From: Thecamonas trahens ATCC 50062
Lineage: Eukaryota; Protista; Apusomonadida
Assembly: GCF_000142905.1 (NCBI RefSeq)
Contig: NW_013657631.1
Location: 124,001-188,000, forward strand
Direction of reading: 5' to 3'
DNA: 64,000 nucleotides
Positions within the stretch are counted from its first letter, which is position 1. Each line of letters starts with the position of its first letter. The notes under the pieces were generated by a model. It ran no database searches, was not told where the DNA came from, and worked only from the letters and a program-made list of their open reading frames with translations. Shown piece by piece: positions 9,367-19,653 of this stretch. A program made the position numbers and the translations under genes.

Positions 9367-12250
9367 CTCCCTACACATGTTCACTGTTTTGTACGACCTC
9401 AAGAACAACTTTTTTTGGGCGCCTTTGGAGATGGGTCTTGCCGGATGCCGCNNNNNNNNNNNNNNNNNNNNNNNNNNNNNNNNNNNNNNNNNNNNNNNNN
9501 NNNNNNNNNNNNNNNNNNNNNNNNNNNNNNNNNNNNNNNNNNNNNNNNNNNCCCCCCCAGGCTTGTGCATGCCGTGCTGTCAGCATTCGGTGGTCGCCAA
9601 AAGGCCATTTTTTCGCGCCCTGCCTCGCGCCATTCTCAACCCCGGCTCCACACAGCCGTATTCTTGTCCACCACTACCATCATTCTTTGCATTGTTTAGA
9701 CTGGTGCAGCGACTGGGTAGGCTTGCTATATCCTACATGGTTCGCCACCTGATTCGCCACCAGGCGAGTCCCGCAGTCTCGTTGCTGCTACCCGACATCT
9801 CCCGCACACGGCACCCGTCGGCTGGTACCCGTGATGGGCCTTGGTCTCTCTTGGCGTTGGGCTGGCGGCATCGGCCGAAAACCACGACCTTTTTTTAAGG
9901 GTTTTTGGAGGCGGGGGAAGGGAGGGGGTGTCGATGGGCAGTTTGATGTGCGTCGGACTCACGAGCGTGAGCGTATGGGGATGGGGACAGGGTGGACCAG
10001 CGGGCAATGATCGACGAGGAGAACGGGCTGCGTGAGCTTTTTGCCACCCGGCGGGAGGATGCGGCGATCAGCAACCCGTACGTGGGTCTGGTCAATGTTC
10101 ATGGCGAGATGGACACGTTCCGGTACGCGGCCGAGACGCCCGAAGAGGCGGCGGTGCCTAAGCTGCTGACGCGGGATCGTGTGGCGATTGTGCCCGGCGA
10201 GTCATCGGTGGTGGACGCGGCGACGTTTGCGTCGCGGTGGGAGGCGTTTTCCAAGGGCGTGTTCAAGGGCATGAACTGGAACAACATGTTTGTGGCCGGT
10301 GGTGCGGTGCTGTCGAACGTGCAGGTGGCGCCATCACCCGGAGCGCAGGGCTCGGACATTGACATTTTCCTCTACGGGCTGCCGACCGACGCAGCGGCCA
10401 ACGCCAAGCTCCGCGAGATCCATGCGACGATCCAGGCCAACTCTGGCGCTAACTGCGACGTCATCCGGACGCACCGGGCGGTGACGATCATCGGTGAGTA
10501 CCCGTTCCGGCACATCCAGATCATCCTCAAGGTGTACAAGTCGCCAGCCGAGGTCCTTCTCGGCTTTGACGTCGACTCGTGCTGCGTCGGCTATGATGGG
10601 ACGAGCGTGTGGACGGCCAAGCGGGCGCGGCGGGCGCTCAACAAGGGCTACAACCTGGTGAACATGACGCGGCGGTCACTGACGTACGAGACGCGGCTGA
10701 AGAAGTACGCCAAGCGCGGGTATGCTGTGGCGGTGCCGAACCTCGACAAGGCGCGAGTTGACCCGAACATTCTCACGCGGAGCGAGAAGAACGCGCAGGG
10801 TCTGGCCAAGCTGCTCATCTACGAGTACCAGTCGCGGCACGGCTCATTCCGGAAGTCGTACTCACGCGAGACCGGGACGGCAGTCAACCAGTACACCGTG
10901 GATGCTGTCGAAGAGTACGAGACCATCCACACGGCGTCCGATTATGCTGACGTGTTCATCCCGTGGGGCCCGCGCTGGTACTCGAAGCAGATCCTTCGCC
11001 TGCTCTCCAAGAAGGACCGGGCGCAGTATTTCCAGCAGGCGCGCTCCAACTTTCAGCACAAGCACATCTTTGTGTCGGGCATTGACGCCGCCGTCAACGG
11101 CCCGGTCGGCCACGAGGTCTGGTGCATCCACTGCCGCTCCAAGCTGCAGCTGGAGGCCGATGCTTCTGGCAAGTACGTGAGCAACCAGCTGACCTGGCTT
11201 CGCGACACGCCGGCCATGCAGGACTTTGAGAACGGCCGGACGCGGACCCTCATCACCGGCTCGTTCTTCCCCACCATCGAGTCCAACTGGATGAAGAACT
11301 GCTACCTGCCCGACGGCGCCCCGGCCCCGTCGCCGCACCCCCTTCAGATCAGCGGCGGGGGCGCGAGCAGCTCGCGCTATGGCGACGGTGGCTTCAATAA
11401 GCGGAAGTCATCCAAGGTGGCGAAGAAGAAGCAGGCTGCGAGGAAGCAGACTGCCAAAAAGTCATCGTCCAGCATGTTTGGTGGATCCTCCAAGCAGTCG
11501 AGCCCGTTCGGTTCCAAGCAGTCGCCCAGCCTGTTTGGCACCAAGATAGCCAACCCATTCGGCGCGCCCGCCCAGCCACAGCCCGCCGAGAACCAGTACG
11601 CTGCCAACCCGTTCGGCGCGCCCGCCCAGCCGCAACCGGCCCAGAACCAGTACGCTGCCAACCCGTTCGGCGCGCCCGCCCAGCCGCAACCGGCCCAGAA
11701 CCAGTACGCTGCCAACCCGTTCGGCGCGCCCGCCCAGCCGCAGCCGGCCCAGAACCAGTACGCTGCCAACCCGTTCGGCGCGCCCGCTCAGTCGGCGCCG
11801 GCCCAGAACCAGTACGCTGCCAACCCGTTCGGCGCGCCCGCTCAGTCGGCGCCGTCGCTCTCGGCCAATGACATGCGGCGACAGGCCGGCATGGGCGGGT
11901 TTGGCCAGTCGCAGCCGCAGCCGCAGTCGCCGAACCCGTCGTTCGGCGCTTCCGCGAGCGGCACCGCCGCCGGCTCCCTGCAGTCTGTCATCGCATCCAA
12001 GGTCCAGCCGTCGATGAACCCGATGTCGGTCGCGCTCATCATCATCAAGCTCTTCAACAAGGCCGGCATGATTGACTCGGACGCCAAGAATACCCTCAAG
12101 GACCTTGCCCTCCAGCAAGACTACCGCATCTGGGGCGCCATCGACTCGTTCCACATCGACAACGACGTTGAGGATCTTGCCGACACCTTCAACCGCGTCA
12201 TCAAGATCACCAGGGCCAACAGTACCTTCTCTGGCCCGAGCAACTTTTAA
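8996..12250 (+). CDS. Pol-beta-superfamily nucleotidyltransferase-like protein with an N-terminal histone H3 tail-like peptide and NPF/FG repeats
   Basis: Exon 1 8996..9132 (GTACGT donor, phase 2) joins in frame to the CAG acceptor at 9990. NTase signature FVAGGAV...SDIDIF, then HIQII, FDVDSCC and RLKKYAKRGY. The intron contains an N gap, so an extra exon is possible. Confidence 0.8.
11549..11854 (+). repeat. Coding 54-bp tandem repeat (ANPFGAPAQPQPAQNQYA), about 5.7 copies with 6 NPF motifs
   Basis: Near-identical DNA units are directly visible. Confidence 0.95.
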
Positions 12251-12892
12251 AACAAATGCTCCACACCCCGTCGCCCATTGCTTTGAAGCAGAGTGCAGGA
12301 TGTGCAGGTATGTCCGCAGCGGGGTATTCCTGCGGCAAAACTGATGCGGGGCGTGTCGGCCAAGTCGAGCCGGATGCGACCCGGCAGGGCTCGGACCACC
12401 GGCCGCGTCACCACCACCTCACACACACACACACCCCAAACCACACGACGACCAGCAGAGGTAAGACTTCGCTCGCACCGGCGACTACCAGTAGCAAGGA
12501 AAGGGAGGGGCGGCGCATTAGGCAGACAGGAACAGGTCGGGTGCAAGCGAGGACAGCAGACAGTGCCGCTAGTAGAGCAAGGAGGACGAGCCGGACAGGC
12601 CCACGAGGTTAGCCGACGGCGTCGAGGACCAACCACCCACAGCGAGGTCAGGCCAGGTGGCTGGTGATCAGACGAGACAGAAAGCCAGCCAGACGACCGA
12701 CCCCCGGGACCGACCAGGAGGGTAGCCAGGCAACCAACAAGGCGATCGACAAGGCGATCAACAAGGCAACCGACAAGGCGACCGCCCAGGCAGCCGACAG
12801 GGCGACCGACAAGAGCAAAGGCCACCGCCCACGGTCTCGATCGCACAACGTCGATCTCGGTGACAAGACGAGGCGGTACGGCCAGAGAGGGC

Positions 12893-14308
12893 ATGGGCAG
12901 CAGGAACGGGAAGTCGATGAAGCTCTCTGACTTTGAGAAGGACGCCGTCGTCGGCGATGGTGCGTTCGGGCACGTGTATCGTGTGGTGGAGAATGCGACC
13001 GGCAAGGTGTATGCCCTCAAGTCGATGATCCGATCGCCAGATCACTCGGACGAGGTGTGGGAGAAGCTCAAGCGCGAAGTCGAGCTGCAGCGCAAGGCCT
13101 CGTCCTCGCCGTTTGTCACCACCTATCGGTATACATTTGAGGAGAACGAAAAGGTCTACATTGTTCTCGACTACATCGGTGGAGGTGACCTGTTCTACCA
13201 AGTCAAGTCGGCCAACGGCGGACTCCCGCTCGATGCCGTCCGGTTCTACACTGCCGAAGTCATGGTCGCGCTGGAGCACCTGCACAGCCTGGGCATTGTC
13301 TTTCGCGATCTCAAGCTCGAAAACGTGCTCATCGCCGAGGACGGACACGTCAAGCTCTCAGACTTTGGTCTCGCCAAGCAGCTTCTGCTGCGGGCGTCGG
13401 AACAGCGGTCGCGGCGGCGATCGCGCACGCGGGCCCGCGACGATGCCGCTGCTGGCGGCGACTCGGGCTCGCTGCGGTCGACATCAACGTTTTGTGGGAC
13501 CAAGTACTATATGGCGCCCGAGATGGTCAACAACCGCCGATATGCGATGAGCGTCGACTTTTGGTCGTTGGGCGTCCTCGTCTACTCGATGCTGACCGGT
13601 CACTACCCGTTCATGTCACCTGACCGCACCGAGTTGTTCAACATGATCCGCCATGACGAGGTGCTGTATCCCGAGACGCTGCCGGACGATGCCGTCGACT
13701 TTGTCGATGCGCTGATGGAGAAGGACACCGCGCTGCGACTCTCGTCGTTTGACGATATCCGTGCCCATCCTTTCCTCCGCTCCATCGACTGGGACGCCGC
13801 CGCCGCACGGGAGCTGACCCCGCCGGCCGTCCCAGGCGACATTGCCGTCGACATCTACAAGGAGCTGACCGGACAGGCCCCGTCGCCATCAAGCTCACGC
13901 CGCAAGAAGCGCCGGCACAAGTCTCGCTCGCGCAAGAGCGACACCACCGCAGCCGCAGCCACTGGTGCTGCCGGTGTTGACAGCAACGTGTCAAGCCCGC
14001 ATCACCGCCACCATCGTCGTCATCACCGCCACCATCGTCACCGCCGAAGGAGATCTGGCAAGGTCGAGCCCAAGCCGCACAAGACTAGGAAGCGCAAGAA
14101 GAAGCGCTCGTCGCGTCCCAGCCCGCGGGAAGCATCACCGTCGGGTGACGAGCAGCCGCCGCCGGTGGTCAGCCAACAGGAGTTGGCCACGGCTGGCACG
14201 TCAGCAGCAGCAACAACCGTCAGTGTGCAGCTCAGCGGAATGTCGACAATATCTGACGACGAATGGTTCTCCAAGTCGGCGTCGGCAGGCTACAGCTCGG
14301 ACGAGTAG
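12893..14308 (+). CDS. AGC-group Ser/Thr protein kinase (S6K/Akt/SGK-like catalytic domain)
   Basis: Motifs GDGAFGHV, YALK, FRDLKLEN, DFGLAK, TFCGTKYYMAPE, VDFWSLG and HPFLRSIDW..PP. Start codon uncertain. Confidence 0.92.
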   Translation: MGSRNGKSMKLSDFEKDAVVGDGAFGHVYRVVENATGKVYALKSMIRSPDHSDEVWEKLKREVELQRKASSSPFVTTYRYTFEENEKVYIVLDYIGGGDLFYQVKSANGGLPLDAVRFYTAEVMVALEHLHSLGIVFRDLKLENVLIAEDGHVKLSDFGLAKQLLLRASEQRSRRRSRTRARDDAAAGGDSGSLRSTSTFCGTKYYMAPEMVNNRRYAMSVDFWSLGVLVYSMLTGHYPFMSPDRTELFNMIRHDEVLYPETLPDDAVDFVDALMEKDTALRLSSFDDIRAHPFLRSIDWDAAAARELTPPAVPGDIAVDIYKELTGQAPSPSSSRRKKRRHKSRSRKSDTTAAAATGAAGVDSNVSSPHHRHHRRHHRHHRHRRRRSGKVEPKPHKTRKRKKKRSSRPSPREASPSGDEQPPPVVSQQELATAGTSAAATTVSVQLSGMSTISDDEWFSKSASAGYSSDE

Positions 14309-15953
14309 GTGTAGGTGTACTCGCCGTCATCGGACTCATCCTTGCCCAGCGCGGGCAGCCGAGCCGGCGAGCTGCGCGGGGCGGCAGAGTCGAGGCCCGG
14401 CGCCGAGCGCGGATACCACGGCGTGCCCTCGAGCATCGGCTGTGGTGGCAGCGGCTCCGGGCGACGCTTCGATGACGTGGAGGGCGTCGACGCATTGCGC
14501 TGGCCCGAGCGCGGCGGCGCAAGATTGGGAGCCAGCGGGAGCGGAAGCGGGCGCGGGCGCGGCGCCTCGCGGTCGTCGCGTGGCGTGGCCGGGACAGACT
14601 CTATGGCATCGTCAGGTGCCTTGGTCGACTTGGTCAGCCAGCGCGGACCGAGCCAGGCGATAAGCACGGCGCCAATGGGCGCAGTAACAATGATGATGAG
14701 GACAGCCAGAGTGAGGATGGCTCGCCACGCTCGATAATGTCTTGCGACTCGTTGCGGGAGCGGGCAGTGTCGAGGGCGATTGAGCCGAGCGCAGCCTGGA
14801 CGGTGGCCTTGGGAAGCCAGGCAAAGGCCACAAAGATGCGCTCGCGCCACGAGAGCGTGGTGCCGAGCACACACGAGACCGTGATGGCGAAGCGGATGAC
14901 AATCGAGATACAGATCATGATCAGACCCTTGCCCACCACCTCGCCCTTGACGGCGTCGAGCTCGACGGCAGCGCCAATGAGCGAGAAGAGAACGATCTCG
15001 GCGGCAAAAGTCCAGGCGAGGCGGAAGATGTTGGCGACAGGCGCAGTGGCTTCGGCGCCCCAGGCTTGACGGACGACAAAGCCAAAGACCATGGTGCCGA
15101 GCGCGCCAGTGCCAGTGACCTCAAAGTGGCGCCCGCCAAGAGTGGCGCCGAGTCCGCCGAGCGCAACTCCGATCGTGCGCCAGCCAAGCGGAGCCGAGGC
15201 GAGCGGAATGGCAAGAACGCCGAGGATTGTGCCGAGAACGAGGCCACCAACAAGTTCAAACGGGCCGCGGAGGATGTTGAGGAGGAGCGAGCCCGAGGCA
15301 AAGGCGATGCCCAGAAAGGCACCAAAGCCCGAGATGGCCATGACGTCATCAAGGCCAGCAGCGGCAAGGATCATGGTGGGGATTCCAGCATCGACGCCGT
15401 AGCCAGCGCGCTGGAGCTTGAGTAGCGAGGGGACAACAACAGCTGGCGAGACAGCCGAGAGGACAAAGCCGAGCAGCAGGGCCCATGCCACGGGGAGATC
15501 GAGGAAGAGCATAGCAAGAACACCAACTGCAGCGGCCTCGACCAAGACTGGGATGGTAGAGAGACGCAGAGTGGGCATGCCCATAGCCTTTAAGGCCGGA
15601 AGAGAGAGGCCCAGACCGCCACGGATGAGGATGACGGCCAGGGCGGACGACTTGAGCACGCTCGCCCATTCATCATCAAAGCCATCGAGCAGACCACCTG
15701 GCACATTCCTTAGAACCAGTCCAGCCACAAGCATGCCAAGGAGCGGAGGCATAGCCAGATAGGGAGCCACATGACCAGCAAGGGCAGCACCAGCAAAGAG
15801 GACGACCAGTGCCATGGCTCGACCACCGCCCAACTCGCCGTCGTCTTCGCCCACAAAGTACACCACTGCTCCTCCGAGTCCCGCAAAGCACATACCAGCA
15901 ATACGGGCATGCCATAGTGTCCACCGCATGAGTGGGGGAGGGGAACTCGCCAT
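14290..15953 (-). CDS. NHA/SLC9B-type Na+/H+ antiporter, with one apparent frameshift near 14724
   Basis: Motifs PPLLGMLVAG, AVSPAVVVPSL, AAGLDDV (DD motif) and AWLPKATVQAALG. The C-terminus ILTLAVLIIIVTAPIGA continues in ORF 14290..14874. Confidence 0.9.
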
Positions 15954-16257
15954 GTCGGTAGTGGCTGGCGTCGAGTGTCCAACTCGGTCGCCAGTGGCCG
16001 CAAGAGACGCGGCAGGCGGAGGAGGGGGGGGGGGGGGCGGTTCGTCGCAGCGCGCAGTGACGTGGTGGCGCAGTGATGGCGATACGATGGTGCAGCCAGA
16101 GTACAGTGACGGCTAAAGTCCGATGGTGTGGCGGCAAGTGCTGTAACTCAGCAGGCGACTCAATCAGCCGAGTCTGACGACCTGATGGCCTGTGCTATGA
16201 CCCAGATGATGCTGCTTGATGAGATGCATGGCATTCACTCGATCGCAGCTCAGTCCC

Positions 16258-16644
16258 CATCACCATCACCATCACCATCACCATCACCCCACTATCACCA
16301 TCACCATCACCATCACCATCACCATCACCATCACCATCACCATCACCATCACCATCACCATCACCATCACCATCACCATCACCATCACCACCACCATCAC
16401 CACCACCATCACTATCACCATCACCATCACCATCACCATCACCATCACCATCACCATCACCATCACCATCACCACCACCACCACCACCACCATCACCATC
16501 ACCATCACCATCACCACCACCATCACCATCACCATCACCATCACCATCACCATCACCACCACCACCACCGTCACCATCACCATCACCACCACCGTCACTA
16601 TCACCATCACCATCACCATCACCATCACCATCACCATCACCATC
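16258..16644. repeat. (CATCAC/CAC)n microsatellite running into an assembly gap (N 16645..16841)
   Basis: Directly visible. It explains the poly-His, IT and DG pseudo-ORFs. Confidence 0.95.
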
Positions 16645-16958
16645 NNNNNNNNNNNNNNNNNNNNNNNNNNNNNNNNNNNNNNNNNNNNNNNNNNNNNNNN
16701 NNNNNNNNNNNNNNNNNNNNNNNNNNNNNNNNNNNNNNNNNNNNNNNNNNNNNNNNNNNNNNNNNNNNNNNNNNNNNNNNNNNNNNNNNNNNNNNNNNNN
16801 NNNNNNNNNNNNNNNNNNNNNNNNNNNNNNNNNNNNNNNNNNCCCCCCCCCCCCCCCCCACCCTCCCCACTCACCTTCCCACTCCCTCATCACCCCCCCC
16901 CCCCCCCCCCCCCATCCACACCACGCCACCTGACTCTCTCTCGCACCTGAAAAAGAAG

Positions 16959-18092
16959 ATGATCAAGTTCGTTGCTGCCCTGCTCCTCGCTGCCGCCCTT
17001 GCAGCCACCTGCAGTGCCGGACATGCGGAGAACGTGCCGGATTGGCCCACGGGCTTCTCCACCACATACTACTACGTACGTTACTTGATGCGGAAGGGGA
17101 AGGAGGGCATGTGTGGAATGGAAGCAGTCTGCCAAGGTCAGGCTACCTCCGCTGGTGCTGTCGGTCACACAACGTCTTGGCACGCCCCATCGCTAATGGC
17201 CATGGCCCGCGCTCACTCATGCAAGTACGACACACACACTCACTCACACACGCTCTCATGTCTGGGGATGTTTGCTCTGGATTCTCGATGGGTACACATG
17301 GGCTCTTGCGATGGATCGGTGTGGATGGCTCGGCTCCATCTGGTCGGATACAATCGGTCTCTGCGCGGTTGGCCCCGCATGTGTTCTCGCACGTGTGGGT
17401 CGCCCTGGTGGATCGACATGGCATCGCCTCTGACACCCTCGGTCTCGGCTGGATCGACCCCGGATGCATGCGCGCACGTGGGGGGACTCCCCATCTCTCA
17501 CCCTCGCCTCGCTCTGCTGACCATGCTGGTTGCGTGTGCAGGTTGTGGAGGACTCGACCACGGGCAAGAACGAGACGACCGAGGCCGAGATGTTCTACTC
17601 GTACACTGATGAACTCAAGGGCTGGGTCTGGGCCATGCAGGAGGACGTTGGAGCTTGCCGCGCCTACGCCGTTGCCGAGGGCAAGAACGAGACTCAGGCG
17701 TGCGTCGTCCAGTTTGCCACCGACTCAAGGTCTACATGATGCTGCCCGAGTCGGACCTCTGCTGCGAGATCGCTCCGGTTGGCCCGGTCTTCCCCTCGTG
17801 GGTCGCCAACTTTACGTACGAAACGACCGTGCCGTACGGTTCGGAGGAGAAGGCTGATGTCTTTGAGTTCCAGGCCAACCAGCTCAACTTCTACCTCATG
17901 CTCGCCGACTCGCACGACATCACCGACTCGCTTGGTTTTGGCATTATCAAGCCGTTCTTCGGCTTCTTCTTTGAGCAGGGCACGTTTGAGGTCGCTCCAC
18001 AGCCGCCGCAGTACTTTGCGCCGCAACCGATGTGCGCCTCCGCCACCTCGTGCTCGTCCTCGGTCTCGAGCTCGCTCGCTGCCTTCCTCTAG
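16959..18092 (+). CDS. Secreted or lysosomal ependymin-related (EPDR/LolA-fold-like) protein, with an apparent frameshift near 17727
   Basis: Signal peptide MIKFVAALLLAAALAATCSA, then PDWPTGF. Intron 17076..17541 (GTACGT..CAG). CC..VGPVFPSW and a C-terminal YFAPQPMC resemble EPDR-like proteins. Confidence 0.6.
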
Positions 18093-18123
18093 TTACCGTG
18101 GTAAACGCCGTGGCTCTTTTGGC

Positions 18124-19251
18124 TCACTCGACCGAAGTCACTGCAGCCACAAACTTGTCACCAACACGGATCTTGACAGGCTCGCCGACCTTTAGCGGCA
18201 GCGTCGACTGCCCGGACCGCAGCCGCGCCAAGCCTACCACTGCGTGGGTCACCGGCAGCGCGCCGTCAAGGTGCAGCGCCGTCGTCGCCGCCGCCGCCAG
18301 GCCACCAAACGACATGATTGGCTCCACCACAAGCTCAGAGTACAACGGGTCGCCGTCAATCTTGACCAGCGCCCGCCGCGCAGGCTCTCCGTTGCCATCG
18401 ATGCCGGCGACGTCGTCTAGCAGCGCCGCAGCCGCCTCCGCCAACGCAGCCTCGCCGGCTGTGTGCGGCTTGTATGCGGCTCCCGGAATGTACACTGCCT
18501 CGCCCGACGGCACGGTCAAATCGTAACCATCAAGCTCAGCGTCATCAGCCATTGCTGCTGCCGCCGCTGCTGCCGGCGTGTACACCTTGCCGCTCGCTGC
18601 GTCGACCCAGACCACCGTCTCCAGCTCGTCGTCGGTCGAGACGTCGCCGACGTACACCTTTTCCGGCACAACCGCATCATGAAAGTAGACACCTGCCGGG
18701 CGGATGGAGCCGTCATCAATGACTCTGTCCGACAGCACGTACTCGTCGCGGTTGGCGTCAGTGATCTCGACCTCGTGGCCGGCATCGTCGACCCAAACCA
18801 TGGTCGTTTCGTACGATGAATCGTCACCCAACAGCCGCGCCACCTCATCGCTGCTCATGGAGAAAATCTCAATCTCAACCTCACTCTCCTCATCGGCAGC
18901 AGCCTCATCGGCCATCCACCGGGCGAGCTCGGCCACGAGGGCCGCAGCGTGCGACGCCGACCTGGCCTCAAACGGAAGGACCTCGCCGCCATCGACAACA
19001 ATGACAAACACAGCAGCCTTTCGCGCATGTGACAGTCTCGGATACTCTTTAGGCAGCAGGCGCGGACTCGCTTCGATGCCCATAATAGCCGCAGCAGGCA
19101 GGAGCAGCTGGCCAACCTTGGCCGGGCCGCCTCGCTCTCCTCCTCGAGGCACTTCAAAGACAACCCACTCGCCAGCAAACTCACTCCGTCGCCCACGCCG
19201 CACCTCATACTCGCAAGCCATTTGCCCTTGCCTACCTCCCACCACCACCAA
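18124..19251 (-). CDS. Hypothetical acidic protein with a possible N-terminal PH-like fold
   Basis: 375-codon ORF. The segment VFVIVVDGGEVLPFEARSASHAAALVAEL resembles a PH-domain C-terminus. Start uncertain. Confidence 0.55.
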   Translation of the reverse strand: MVVVGGRQGQMACEYEVRRGRRSEFAGEWVVFEVPRGGERGGPAKVGQLLLPAAAIMGIEASPRLLPKEYPRLSHARKAAVFVIVVDGGEVLPFEARSASHAAALVAELARWMADEAAADEESEVEIEIFSMSSDEVARLLGDDSSYETTMVWVDDAGHEVEITDANRDEYVLSDRVIDDGSIRPAGVYFHDAVVPEKVYVGDVSTDDELETVVWVDAASGKVYTPAAAAAAAMADDAELDGYDLTVPSGEAVYIPGAAYKPHTAGEAALAEAAAALLDDVAGIDGNGEPARRALVKIDGDPLYSELVVEPIMSFGGLAAAATTALHLDGALPVTHAVVGLARLRSGQSTLPLKVGEPVKIRVGDKFVAAVTSVE

Positions 19252-19653
19252 TCAAGTTGCGGCCACGTCGAGTCGAGTCGGGTTGGTCGCACGTTCAATG
19301 GCTATAGATAGGTCGAGCAACACGGGTAGTCTCGAGTCGGACGGGGAGGGGGGGGGGGGTCCCCCCGCCTCCCGGCATACCGATGCGCTAAGACCGGTAT
19401 TTCCAGATCTGTGTCTCATCTGTAACGATCAGATGAGAATGGATGATGAAACATAAGGTCATATGTCTACCCTAATGCTTCCTTGTGTTGGGCAAGGAGT
19501 GGTGCGGTTGCGGTGGAGGGAGATTGTTGGTCATGTGGTGAATTGGAGGATGACTCGAATGATGGCAGGGAGGGGACGCAGCAGAACCAACAGCAGCAGC
19601 AGGACACCGACCACCACCACTACCACCTCTCCTCCTCTCCCTCCTTGTCCCCC

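Noticed and set aside
11549-11854. CRISPR-like array
   Set aside because: Head-to-tail coding repeats without unique spacers, no cas genes, and a eukaryotic context.
16128-16950. Poly-His, poly-IT and poly-DG ORFs
   Set aside because: These are translations of a CATCAC microsatellite spanning an assembly gap. The real gene starts at 16959.
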